A stretch of 20,000 nucleotides of DNA from an uncultured virus (IMG/VR IMGVR_UViG_3300046724_000456) (IMGVR_UViG_3300046724_000456); one strand, 5' to 3'; positions 7,387 to 15,729 are shown, numbered from the stretch's first letter. Notes: generated from the letters alone by a model not told the origin. Program-made: numbers and translations.

Positions 7387-7746
7387 ATGATGGTCAGTAA
7401 CCAGACATTGGACATGGTCGGGGAGCAGTTCTACAACCTGATCCAGGATCGGTTCTCGCAGCCCGGGGTCGACAAAATAAGGGCGTGGACTGGTCTCTCG
7501 CAGGACGAGCGGGATCCCTACATCTTGTTCGCGGCAGATGCGATCGACGCTTGCCGGCTTCCGAACGAAATCGACCTTCGCAAGCGCCTACTCAGCGACG
7601 ATGCCCGAGCGGCGGCGGGTGCTGAGATCGACTTCTACCTTCCCGAGGGGTTCGTCTTCCCGCCAGAGCATTCGGAGATGGACACCGGTGATCTGTTCGT
7701 CGCGGCGCTGGTGGCTGCGCTGACGGAGACGCCGCCGGGTGGGTGA
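7387..7746 (+). CDS. Hypothetical protein
   Basis: GGAG then ATGATG; 119-aa ORF. Confidence 0.7.
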   Translation: MMVSNQTLDMVGEQFYNLIQDRFSQPGVDKIRAWTGLSQDERDPYILFAADAIDACRLPNEIDLRKRLLSDDARAAAGAEIDFYLPEGFVFPPEHSEMDTGDLFVAALVAALTETPPGG

Positions 7747-8095
7747 GGTAGTCCTCACGATCGCGGCGACACCGCCGAGCTTCAACGCCGTCGGCCACAC
7801 GGGTAACCGATGGAAGTGGACCAAGGAAAAGAAGCGCTGGCAGGAAGACATCGAAATGGCTCTGATGGCGTCTCTCTCACGTGAGCTGTATACGTTCATC
7901 GAAGCCAGGGCGGTCCTGAGATTTCCCACCAAGCGCCGGCGCGACGAGGGTAACTATCGAGTCCTGCTGGAGAAGTGTCTTGGCGATGCCCTGGTGAATG
8001 GCCGGTGGCTTGCGGATGACACTCCGGACCAGTACCGCTTCCACGGAGTGGAGTTCGAGCACGGCGAGGCTCGCACTCAGATCTTCCTTTCTTAA
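7739..8095 (+). CDS. rusA: RusA-like Holliday junction resolvase
   Basis: PPSFN…FPTKRRRDEGNY…KCLGDALV…LADD catalytic pattern. Confidence 0.82.
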   Translation: MGEVVLTIAATPPSFNAVGHTGNRWKWTKEKKRWQEDIEMALMASLSRELYTFIEARAVLRFPTKRRRDEGNYRVLLEKCLGDALVNGRWLADDTPDQYRFHGVEFEHGEARTQIFLS

Positions 8096-8114
8096 ACCTC
8101 CCATTTTGCGGAGT

Positions 8115-8166
8115 CCTTGACGAAATCGCCACGCAAATCGTCAAGGCCCGTGCTAGGTTGCCGCCA
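8115..8166 (+). promoter_or_regulatory. Inverted repeat plus extended -10 for a leaderless transcript
   Basis: CCTTGACGA-N14-TCGTCAAGG (8115-8146); TGcTAGGTT (8151-8159) 6 nt before ATG 8166; no SD. Confidence 0.55.
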
Positions 8167-8348
8167 TGGCCGAAGACCGAGTCATCAAGTTGAAGTGTCC
8201 CGTCGAGCAGGTGAACCGGCGGCGCATTCAGGTGGCTGAGATCGTGATCGACCAGGACAACCGAATCATCAAGGATCGCTTCGAACCCAATGTCGGCAAG
8301 CTTGTTCGGCCGGAGGTGCTGGAGGAAGCGACCGAGGTGTACGCATGA
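8166..8348 (+). CDS. Hypothetical protein, 60 aa
   Basis: Leaderless-type start; ATGA coupling at end. Confidence 0.7.
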   Translation: MAEDRVIKLKCPVEQVNRRRIQVAEIVIDQDNRIIKDRFEPNVGKLVRPEVLEEATEVYA

Positions 8349-8551
8349 GCTACTCAGCTCGCGATATCGAAAAAGCCTTCGACTGCGTTGGCTACAAGAA
8401 GGATAGAACTGTGCAGGAGACCCGAGGCTGGGTGTTCGCCCACCTGGAGGGTCGATGCCGCTGTGACGTCGATCGTTGTCCCCACTGTGGGGAGCGCAAA
8501 CGAAACGGCATGTCGATCCACAAAATAAGCTGCAAGATGGCGATGAAGTGA
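8345..8551 (+). CDS. Zn-finger protein
   Basis: CRC…CPHC…HKISC. Confidence 0.7.
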   Translation: MSYSARDIEKAFDCVGYKKDRTVQETRGWVFAHLEGRCRCDVDRCPHCGERKRNGMSIHKISCKMAMK

Positions 8552-8766
8552 TCGTCGGGGAGAAATATCGGCGTCGCCAGGACGAAGGGCTCCCAGAGGC
8601 CATTCAGATAGTGGTGGCACCCTTCAAGACGACGCGGACCGGGCCAGGGTTGCTTCCCGCTGGAACCAGCCAGGTCGACATCTGCTTCATCGAGGGTCCG
8701 CGCGAGGGAGTGCTGACTCGCTGGTCGAAGAGCTATATCGAGCGGGAATTCGTCAAGATCGTATGA
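8548..8766 (+). CDS. Hypothetical protein
   Basis: GTGA/ATGA coupling. Confidence 0.65.
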   Translation: MIVGEKYRRRQDEGLPEAIQIVVAPFKTTRTGPGLLPAGTSQVDICFIEGPREGVLTRWSKSYIEREFVKIV

Positions 8767-9497
8767 CCGAGCCGCGCAAAGCCAACTACGTTCACAAAAA
8801 GCTCGGCTACGTACAGTCGAAGCAGCAAGTGGAGCGAGCGTCGGAGGCGGTGCGCGGGGTGCAGGAGGTCACCGACGAGGCGTCGGCGCTGGCAGCGAGT
8901 GAGGCCCTGGTGATCGCGTCGAAGACGGTCAAGGCGGTGGCAAAGGCGAGGCTGGAGGTTAGTGCCCCCTACCGTAAGTCGACGGAGACGATCAACGAAG
9001 AGTTTAAAGAGCTGGTCTCACCTCTCGAAGGCGCGGAAAAGGCGCTGAAGGACCAGCTCATGGGGTACGAAGAGAAGGTGGAGGCTGAGCGCCGGCGGAT
9101 CCAGGCCGAACACGAAGAGGCGACTCGGAAGGCCGAAGAGGAAGCGCGCAAAGCTGAGGAAGAGCTCCAGCGCAAAGCGGCAGAGGCAGAGGCGAAAGCG
9201 AAAGCCGCCGAAGAAGCTGGCCAGGAACCCGAGCCGCCGCCGGCACCGGAGCCCGCTCCACCGCCTCCGCCGCCACCGCCCCCTCCGCCACCGCCGGTGC
9301 CGCCGAGGGTTCGACACACCGGCAAGGGCTCGGTGTCGGCTCGTACGGTGAAGAAGCACGAAGTCTTCGACGAATCGCAACTGCCGCGCGAGTACCTGAT
9401 CAAAAACCCAACCGCGATCAAGCGGGCGGTCGACGATGGAGTGGACTCGATCCCCGGTGTCCGGATCTGGGAGGAGAAAGTGGCCCATGTGCGCTGA
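8763..9497 (+). CDS. Gp157/Gam-like coiled-coil phage protein with poly-Pro linker
   Basis: Long coiled coil; C-terminal EVFDESQLPREYL…IKRAVDDG…IPGVRIWEE. Confidence 0.75.
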   Translation: MTEPRKANYVHKKLGYVQSKQQVERASEAVRGVQEVTDEASALAASEALVIASKTVKAVAKARLEVSAPYRKSTETINEEFKELVSPLEGAEKALKDQLMGYEEKVEAERRRIQAEHEEATRKAEEEARKAEEELQRKAAEAEAKAKAAEEAGQEPEPPPAPEPAPPPPPPPPPPPPPVPPRVRHTGKGSVSARTVKKHEVFDESQLPREYLIKNPTAIKRAVDDGVDSIPGVRIWEEKVAHVR

Positions 9498-9801
9498 GGA
9501 GGAGGGGATCGGAACGCCGGAGGAAGCCGGGCTCGGCAACATGGGCGCACCGCAGTCCGACGATTTGCCTGACCCGCCGGTCGACTACAAAGTTCGGGCC
9601 GAGGAAATGCTGGCCGAGGCGTATGACGTAGTGAAGGACAGGCACACCGGGATTCCCCAGAAGGACATCGCTCGCATCGCCTCTGAGGCCGGTATTGGCT
9701 ATGCGCTGTTGGCCAACGGTCTCGACGCCGAGGTCTTCTACGCCCTCTTTCACGGACCAGACGACCAGGCAACCATGAACACCTGGAGCAGTGAGGTGTG
9801 A
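9487..9801 (+). CDS. Hypothetical protein
   Basis: ATG 9487 (alternatively 9541) after GAGGAG; GTGA at end. Confidence 0.65.
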   Translation: MCAEEEGIGTPEEAGLGNMGAPQSDDLPDPPVDYKVRAEEMLAEAYDVVKDRHTGIPQKDIARIASEAGIGYALLANGLDAEVFYALFHGPDDQATMNTWSSEV

Positions 9802-9980
9802 AGCGCAAGATCGACAGGTACGAAGAGGTCAGCAGCTTTCTTGCTCCCGATAAGGTGTGGAACGCCACTCTGGAGTGCGGGCATCTTGTCGTTCTGGAGG
9901 GTCGGCCCGACGATCTCGCCGGCGACAAATACATAGATTGCGAGGAGTGCGATGCGGTTCAGTCTCAAGCGCAAGAGTGA
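9798..9980 (+). CDS. Zn-ribbon protein
   Basis: LECGH…CEEC. Confidence 0.72.
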   Translation: MKRKIDRYEEVSSFLAPDKVWNATLECGHLVVLEGRPDDLAGDKYIDCEECDAVQSQAQE

Positions 9981-10206
9981 GGGCCAGTCCAAGGACCAGC
10001 ACCGCCTGACGATCATTGGCGGCCAGCATCGCGGTCCGGAAGAGGGCGAGCTCTTTCGGGTTGACATTCCCGTTGAGGTCCAGCACGATGAGTGGGGGGA
10101 GAACCTCGTCATCCCTGATAACGCTTGGCGCAGCTACACCGACGGCGAGCCGGTCAAGATCGACTACATCGAGGTTCGGATGCGCAGCACTCCGGGGCAC
10201 GCATGA
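9952..10206 (+). CDS. Hypothetical protein
   Basis: SD GAGGAG before ATG 9952. Confidence 0.65.
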   Translation: MRFSLKRKSEGQSKDQHRLTIIGGQHRGPEEGELFRVDIPVEVQHDEWGENLVIPDNAWRSYTDGEPVKIDYIEVRMRSTPGHA

Positions 10207-10440
10207 ATGAAGTACGAACTGAAGTTTCTCGATGGCCCCGGGGCAGGTCGAGCGATCGACTCGGACAAGCTTCACAAGTACGTCTGGCTGGTCAACGACG
10301 GCCAGCGCCGCTGGACCTTCAAGGAGCCCGCCGCCGGCGTGGAGGCCAAATATCGACTGGAAGGTCATGCGCCGCGGCCGGACGGCAGCTACATGCTGGT
10401 CTACGGCGAATGTCCCCCCCCGACGGTGGACCAGGCATGA
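10207..10440 (+). CDS. Hypothetical protein (FLDGPxxG motif)
   Basis: Abuts previous stop; ATGA at end. Confidence 0.7.
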   Translation: MKYELKFLDGPGAGRAIDSDKLHKYVWLVNDGQRRWTFKEPAAGVEAKYRLEGHAPRPDGSYMLVYGECPPPTVDQA

Positions 10441-10799
10441 AGATCCACTGTCCGCGCTGCGCGTATTCGGCGGTCGAGTCGAAGCAGCCAGGCAAGCTCC
10501 GCTGCAGGCTCTGCGGGAGCCTGTTCGACACTGCCAACGGCCTGATCGCGATCCACGACGCGGAGGCGCTGGTCAAGGCAGTCGACCATCCAATTCGGCG
10601 GGCCATCACCACCCAGCTCTCTGTCAATGGCGAGCTTTCGCCGTCACAGATCGCTGAGAAAACGGGCATTGACCTTGGCACCGTCTCTTACCATGTGGCC
10701 GTTCTTCGCAAGACCAAGCCGCCGATTGTGAAGCGCAGTAGGACAGAGCATGTCCGCGGGGCGATCCAGAACTTCTACGAAATCGTCCATGCCGAGTGA
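10437..10799 (+). CDS. Zn-ribbon + ArsR-like HTH transcription regulator
   Basis: CPRC…CRLC; KAVDHPIRRAI…LSPSQIAEKTGIDLGTVSYHVAVL…RGAIQNFY. Confidence 0.85.
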   Translation: MKIHCPRCAYSAVESKQPGKLRCRLCGSLFDTANGLIAIHDAEALVKAVDHPIRRAITTQLSVNGELSPSQIAEKTGIDLGTVSYHVAVLRKTKPPIVKRSRTEHVRGAIQNFYEIVHAE

Positions 10800-10986
10800 C
10801 GATCAAAAGCTGGCGGCGAAGGCTCGCCTAGAGCGCGCGGGCGTTATCTTCTATGACACGCGCGACGCCGGCGACACGATGGCCCACCTTTTGGCCGACT
10901 ACGCACTGGTCGGCGGGCCAACGATCGGCGAACTGGTGAAAAAAGCCAAGGAGCACATCAGGAGGCTCGATGCGGTTAAAGATTGA
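10789..10986 (+). CDS. Hypothetical protein
   Basis: ATG 10789 overlapping upstream gene end. Confidence 0.6.
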   Translation: MPSDDQKLAAKARLERAGVIFYDTRDAGDTMAHLLADYALVGGPTIGELVKKAKEHIRRLDAVKD

Positions 10987-11158
10987 GATGGGCGAGCAGG
11001 AGAAAGGTAACCAGCGCGTCACCACAGAGGACGGCGAGCTCGTCGAGGGCGTAAAAAGCATCCAGTGGGGCGCACGGGCTGCTGAGAGACCTACCGTGAT
11101 CGTAGAGTTCTTTCCCGAGAAGATTGACTTCGATCTCGGGCCACCTAAGGAGGATTAA
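10970..11158 (+). CDS. Hypothetical protein
   Basis: SD AGGAGG at ~10960. Confidence 0.7.
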   Translation: MRLKIEMGEQEKGNQRVTTEDGELVEGVKSIQWGARAAERPTVIVEFFPEKIDFDLGPPKED

Positions 11159-11887
11159 ATGCGCATTCAGGTTGCATTCATCAACAAGTCCACCGTCGTC
11201 ACCGACACCGTGCTCGGCGCGATCGTCAGTGCATTGCAGAAGCAGGTCGATGCTCACTTCCGGCCGACCTGGGGAGTGGCTGCTGCGATCGTGCAGGTCC
11301 CCAAAGGCGGAGAGGTTCCGCTGAATCACGCCTGGATCGGGATCTTCGACGACAGTGATCAGGCCGGCGCACTCGGGTACCATGACCTGACGCCGGAGGG
11401 CTTCCCGGTCGGCAAGGTGTTTGCGAAGACCGACCAGGAATACGGCGCGGCTGTCTCCGTCACCTGCTCACACGAGCTGCTGGAGATGCTCGGCGATCCG
11501 TACATTAACCTGACCGCCATCGACCCGGTGAGCCAGCGTCTCTACGCGGTGGAGGCCTCCGATGCCGTTGAGGCCGACGACCTCGGCTACACGATCGAGG
11601 GCGTTCAGGTGTCGGACTTCGTGCTGCCGCAATACTTCGACCCGCAGCGTGCCGGCAAGGGCGAGGCGTTGTCCTATCGCGGGCACGTCACCGAGCCGTT
11701 CTCGCTCGCGCCGGGTGGCTATGCCAGCTACGTCGACCTGAGGAATCTCGCGGCGGGTTGGCAGCAGGTCGACGCGGCGACGGCCGGCGTGCCCGGTCAG
11801 CGGCCGGTCGGCTTTCCCCCGGGTTCGCGTCGGATCCGTCGAGCGCGCGCGTGGGAAAACGACCTCCAAGTGAGCGAGCCTGCGTGA
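11159..11887 (+). CDS. Zincin-like HExxE metalloprotein (Phi-1/EXORDIUM-like motifs)
   Basis: SD AGGAGG; ALGYHD…SHELLEMLGDP…EASDAVE…VSDFVLP. Confidence 0.7.
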   Translation: MRIQVAFINKSTVVTDTVLGAIVSALQKQVDAHFRPTWGVAAAIVQVPKGGEVPLNHAWIGIFDDSDQAGALGYHDLTPEGFPVGKVFAKTDQEYGAAVSVTCSHELLEMLGDPYINLTAIDPVSQRLYAVEASDAVEADDLGYTIEGVQVSDFVLPQYFDPQRAGKGEALSYRGHVTEPFSLAPGGYASYVDLRNLAAGWQQVDAATAGVPGQRPVGFPPGSRRIRRARAWENDLQVSEPA

Positions 11888-12192
11888 AGTTCGCCTTCAA
11901 CCAGCGGGTCTGGGACAAGGTGCGGCAAGGGCCAGCGCTAGTACTGGAGGCTGGCCCTGACGAGTACAAGGTCGCCGAGATCCTCGGTTACCTCAAGCTC
12001 GGTCGGATGGCGATGAGACATGAGGATCAACTCGACTATTACGTCGAGGTCGGGATGCCGGCTCTAGAGGCTCGTGCGATCCTGGTGGCTCTCTCTACGG
12101 ACGAGCCCGACGGACAGAACACTGCCTATCTCGACGCTGGGTTCGACCGAATTGGCAACGTACTCGAAGAAGTGACGGGAGAGGAACCATGA
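11884..12192 (+). CDS. Hypothetical protein
   Basis: GTGA/ATGA coupling; start revised from 11758. Confidence 0.7.
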   Translation: MKFAFNQRVWDKVRQGPALVLEAGPDEYKVAEILGYLKLGRMAMRHEDQLDYYVEVGMPALEARAILVALSTDEPDGQNTAYLDAGFDRIGNVLEEVTGEEP

Positions 12193-12584
12193 GCGCTGTA
12201 GATGACACTGCTTTTGAGACCGTCGAAATCGGGGGGATTGCTTACAAGGTTCCCCAGCCGGTGGTCAAGGAGATCGAGGTCATGCGCGAGAGCGATCTCC
12301 GGATCATCGAAGATTTCCATCACGAGGAGGGTGACACGATCATCGTCACCTTCCCCGACGGTTTGAGCCCGGAGGCCGTCGAACGGCTTGGCGAGATGGC
12401 TGAGAAAAACTTCGGTGATGCCAGGATCGCGCTGGTTCCGGAGAGCATGGGCTTCCACACCCAGGAGAAGCTCGCCGAGCTGCTGAGCGTGGGCGCGGAT
12501 CTTGCGGACGCCATCCGGAGCGGTGACGGCGCGGCCGGGCTCGATGCGCTGACTGCCTGGCGGAAGCTAACAGAGGGCGAGTGA
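12189..12584 (+). CDS. Hypothetical protein
   Basis: SD GAGGA; coupled. Confidence 0.75.
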   Translation: MSAVDDTAFETVEIGGIAYKVPQPVVKEIEVMRESDLRIIEDFHHEEGDTIIVTFPDGLSPEAVERLGEMAEKNFGDARIALVPESMGFHTQEKLAELLSVGADLADAIRSGDGAAGLDALTAWRKLTEGE

Positions 12585-12772
12585 AAGCCGGCGAGACATA
12601 CACAGTTTCGACTCGCCATCAGTTCGAGGGCAAGTACGTCGAGTCCGTGCGCGATGAGGACGACAATGTCACCGCTCATGTCTTTGACTGCGGAGAGCGC
12701 GGCAAGGGTGGCAAGCACACCAAACGCATTGTCCCGGCTCGAACGTTTATAGGAGCCACGAAGGTGAAATGA
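12581..12772 (+). CDS. Small beta-rich hypothetical protein
   Basis: GTGA/ATGA coupling. Confidence 0.65.
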   Translation: MKAGETYTVSTRHQFEGKYVESVRDEDDNVTAHVFDCGERGKGGKHTKRIVPARTFIGATKVK

Positions 12773-12945
12773 TCTCCGTCGGCAACCATGAATTGGTCTC
12801 CGCTCGGGACTTCCAGAGGGAGCTGGGCAAGCTCACGGAGTCCCTGAAAACAGACGACGAGGTCGAGAAGATCGTCATCACGAAGCACGGCAAGATGGAG
12901 TTCGTCGTGCTCACGGTTGCCGACTACGAGAGGCTAGGCAAATGA
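12769..12945 (+). CDS. Phd/YefM-family antitoxin-like protein, 58 aa
   Basis: MISVGNHELVSARDFQRELGKLTESLKTDDEVEKIVITKHGKMEFVVLTVADYERLGK; ATGA at both ends; absent from ORF track. Confidence 0.82.
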   Translation: MISVGNHELVSARDFQRELGKLTESLKTDDEVEKIVITKHGKMEFVVLTVADYERLGK

Positions 12946-13247
12946 CCGAGGTAAGTGGTGAGGATGGCGGTCGACCGCATATCACGATAGGCGAGCCTCC
13001 TGCACCCGAGGCGCGAGTCGAGAAGGTCTACGTCCTGGTTGGAGTGACAGAGAACGGCGGCGAGGGGATCTACGGTCACAAGATCGGCGATCAGATGGTG
13101 AGCTTCGTCACCGACAAGCCGGACCTCAAGGAACTGCTGGAGCGTCACATTCGCGATGCAGGTTCCATCGCCGTCTGCCGGCGCGAGGGCACACGGCTGG
13201 AGTGGCGGGTGTTTGAGATGACAGACGAGGTCGAAGTGATCACATGA
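12942..13247 (+). CDS. Hypothetical protein
   Basis: ATGA coupling. Confidence 0.72.
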   Translation: MTEVSGEDGGRPHITIGEPPAPEARVEKVYVLVGVTENGGEGIYGHKIGDQMVSFVTDKPDLKELLERHIRDAGSIAVCRREGTRLEWRVFEMTDEVEVIT

Positions 13248-13549
13248 CACCGACGCGGCCTCCAACGAGTCCGATACTGCAGGAGATCAAGGAAGCACTT
13301 CCTAAAAAGCACCCCGTAGTCGACAAACTGAGGGATCTCCTTGATGAGCTGACCGTGGACTTGCCCATGGAGGTCACTACAAACTCGCTGCTCGACGTCA
13401 TTAAAGAAGATCCCGGCCGGCTCGAAGAGCTGATGTACTCACTAGGCGACTGGATGCGAGGCGTGAGGGATTGGAGCGACGTCGAGCGGCTGCTGCGCAA
13501 CCTGGAGACCAGGGCAGGGGTGTCAGGCGAGTTCCTACCGAGACCATGA
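13244..13549 (+). CDS. Helical hypothetical protein
   Basis: ATGA coupling. Confidence 0.7.
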   Translation: MTPTRPPTSPILQEIKEALPKKHPVVDKLRDLLDELTVDLPMEVTTNSLLDVIKEDPGRLEELMYSLGDWMRGVRDWSDVERLLRNLETRAGVSGEFLPRP

Positions 13550-14121
13550 CTACGCCCCGGATTCCGCCGAAGGAGTTGCGCGAGCTCTGGGCGAAGATCC
13601 CCACCGTCAAGTGCCAGGGCAAGTGCGCCAATTCCTGCGGGCCGATCGGTTGCTCGTCGCTGGAGCGCTCGCTGATTGAGGACCGCTCCGGCAAGGTGCT
13701 CCGGGCCGAGGGCAAGGAGAAAGACTGCACGATGCTCCGCTTCGGTCGCTGCAGTGTCTACTCGATCCGGCCGGTGATTTGCCGCCTCTGGGGCGCGGTG
13801 CCGTCGATGCCCTGTCCGCATGGGTGCGAACCCGAGTTCGAGCTCTCTGACGCCGACGGCTACATCCTGATGGCCGAGGCCTCCAGGGTCGCCGGGGATC
13901 CCGACGGCGGTGCGATGGAAGATCTGATCGAGTCCGCCCCGGCCGGGTTCTGGGACGCCCTGAAGGACTACGCGCAGGGAGCGCCGGATCTGGCTGGCCA
14001 CGCGATCACCAGCCGTCGAGCGTCGGCTGAGAGGCTCGACGAAGTGGGCAAGGCAGTCCGCATTTCGCGAGGAAAAACGATTAGGGGGTTGACACAGCCG
14101 CCTCCGGATGTCGTAGATTAG
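13546..14121 (+). CDS. YkgJ/CxxCxxCC-like Cys-cluster (Zn/Fe-chelating) protein
   Basis: CQGKCANSCGP…CTML…CSVYSIRPVICRLWG…CPHGC. Confidence 0.8.
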   Translation: MTTPRIPPKELRELWAKIPTVKCQGKCANSCGPIGCSSLERSLIEDRSGKVLRAEGKEKDCTMLRFGRCSVYSIRPVICRLWGAVPSMPCPHGCEPEFELSDADGYILMAEASRVAGDPDGGAMEDLIESAPAGFWDALKDYAQGAPDLAGHAITSRRASAERLDEVGKAVRISRGKTIRGLTQPPPDVVD

Positions 14122-14127
14122 ATCCAA
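14089..14127 (+). promoter_or_regulatory. Putative lysis-operon promoter (leaderless)
   Basis: TTGACA 14089-14094, 19-nt spacer, TAGATT 14114-14119, ATG 7 nt later, no SD. Confidence 0.5.
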
Positions 14128-14801
14128 TGCCGACTTACCAAGCAGGCGGATGGGGCGGGATGGGGGCCTACCGGGTCCAGCGGGTCGATCAGGGCCAGGA
14201 CTTCGAGATCCCGCTCGGTAACTGGATCACGTCCCCAGGTCACGGCGAAATCGTGGAGCACGCCTCCAACGGTGAATTCCCGTCCGGTTTCGGGTCCCCC
14301 TACGCTGTCGTCCGAATCGACGACGGTATCTTCGGCGGACGCACTTACTACGTTGGGCACTGCAACCGCGACGTCCGGCCAGTCGGGACGAAGCTTGCCC
14401 CCGGCGACCACATCGCCCGCACGAACCACTACGAGAACGCCGGCTGGGGCTGGTGTGAGCTCGGGCTTTGGCCTCCTGGCCCAATGGGTAACGGCTTCGC
14501 GATCGACCAGCTCTTCCACCCGGTCCAGATTGGCAAGAGCTTCGACACGCTCCACAAAGGCTCGAAAGGGCCGCGCGTTGTCCACTTTACGCGCCGTCTC
14601 GCCTACATCAGGCGCAAGAGCGGAGCGCCGTTCCTCAAGCACTGGTACTGGCGATTCAAGAACCCCGTGGTCGAAGGTGTGCGTGCCTTCCAGCACGAGT
14701 TCGGTCTGGAGGTCGACGGCACGATCGGGCCGGACACCGCCGAGAAGATCCAGAGCATCTTCGAGCACCAGTTCGAGCAGCGCAAGCCGAAGTCGAAATG
14801 A
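14127..14801 (+). CDS. Endolysin: M23-like domain + C-terminal peptidoglycan-binding domain
   Basis: RVDQGQDF…SPGHGEIV…YYVGH…GDHIA; TLHKGSKGPRV…VRAFQHEFGLEVDGTIGPDT. Confidence 0.85.
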   Translation: MPTYQAGGWGGMGAYRVQRVDQGQDFEIPLGNWITSPGHGEIVEHASNGEFPSGFGSPYAVVRIDDGIFGGRTYYVGHCNRDVRPVGTKLAPGDHIARTNHYENAGWGWCELGLWPPGPMGNGFAIDQLFHPVQIGKSFDTLHKGSKGPRVVHFTRRLAYIRRKSGAPFLKHWYWRFKNPVVEGVRAFQHEFGLEVDGTIGPDTAEKIQSIFEHQFEQRKPKSK

Positions 14802-15226
14802 GACGCGGTAGCTTCGCCAATCTCTTCTGCACTCGGCGCGGCTATCCGATCAAGAAGCACAATCGGCGCACGCTGCAGTGTCAGATGCAGTGTGAGGGTG
14901 GCAACGCGAAGAACAATCCCTTCAACACCACCCAGAAGATGCCGAACTCGACCGACTACAACCACATCGAACCGGGTGTGGCTGTGCAGAACTACGCGAC
15001 GGCGAAGGAAGGACTCGAAGCGCTCGATAAGACCTTCGACAACAACCCCGCCTTCAATGCCATCGACCACGCCCTCAAGGCCAACTGGCCGGCGCGAGAG
15101 ACGATCGGCCTGATCGGTCGTTCTCCCTGGGGAACGGCCTCAAAACTTCTTGTTGAAGTGCTCTCATGGATTGCCCACGTTCCGGGTGTCCTGGCTCTAC
15201 TCGAACGCAAACAAATCGCCTCGTAG
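14798..15226 (+). CDS. Second lysin, lysozyme-like glycosidase
   Basis: EGGNAKNNPFNTT…VQNY…GLEA…SPWGT pattern; located between endolysin and holin. Confidence 0.65.
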   Translation: MRRGSFANLFCTRRGYPIKKHNRRTLQCQMQCEGGNAKNNPFNTTQKMPNSTDYNHIEPGVAVQNYATAKEGLEALDKTFDNNPAFNAIDHALKANWPARETIGLIGRSPWGTASKLLVEVLSWIAHVPGVLALLERKQIAS

Positions 15227-15237
15227 AAAGGACGTCC

Positions 15238-15729
15238 ATGAACAGCATCGTCGACGAATTGCTGATGAAGCTGCCTCTCGCAAGCACCGCATTTCTCGCC
15301 TACGCCATCGTCGGAGCAGCGATGCTGATCTCCGGCACGCTGGACTACGACACGTATTCCAGCAACCTCCTCGCGGTCGGCATCGCCTGTGGCGCGATCG
15401 GGGTTCCGAGGGCGCTGTTGAAGCGGTCGACCGGGGTCGTCAGCGCGAATTTCCTGGGCTTCATCGAGTCGCTGCCAATACCATCGCTCGTCTTCGGGGT
15501 CTTCCTGATCGCGAGCTCGGTGGATCTGGTCATCGGCGGCATCGTGTTCAGCGAATTCACCTCGAACCTGGAGGAAGTCGGGATCGCCTGCGGCGTGGTA
15601 CAGGCAGCCAGAACGGCAGAGAGCATGTTCGTGGCTCCGAAGCTATTCGTCGGCGAGCCACTCAAGACGACCACACCAACGCCTCCCCCATCGCCGCCGG
15701 TTCAGGCAGCGCCGCCTCCACCCGCGTAG
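15238..15729 (+). CDS. Holin-like multi-TM protein with internal duplication
   Basis: SD AAAGGA; about four hydrophobic segments; follows lysins. Confidence 0.7.
   Translation: MNSIVDELLMKLPLASTAFLAYAIVGAAMLISGTLDYDTYSSNLLAVGIACGAIGVPRALLKRSTGVVSANFLGFIESLPIPSLVFGVFLIASSVDLVIGGIVFSEFTSNLEEVGIACGVVQAARTAESMFVAPKLFVGEPLKTTTPTPPPSPPVQAAPPPPA

Noticed and set aside
8105..8146. RNA pseudoknot (TTTGCG/CGCAAA crossing CCTTGACGA/TCGTCAAGG)
   Set aside because: Zero-length third loop is implausible for an H-type knot; a DNA inverted repeat is the simpler reading
10125..10436. N-terminal extensions in the ORF track (also starts 410, 982, 4814, 6030, 11758, 13471, 15817, 16062)
   Set aside because: They overlap better genes in other frames; downstream coupled starts with an SD or overlap fit better
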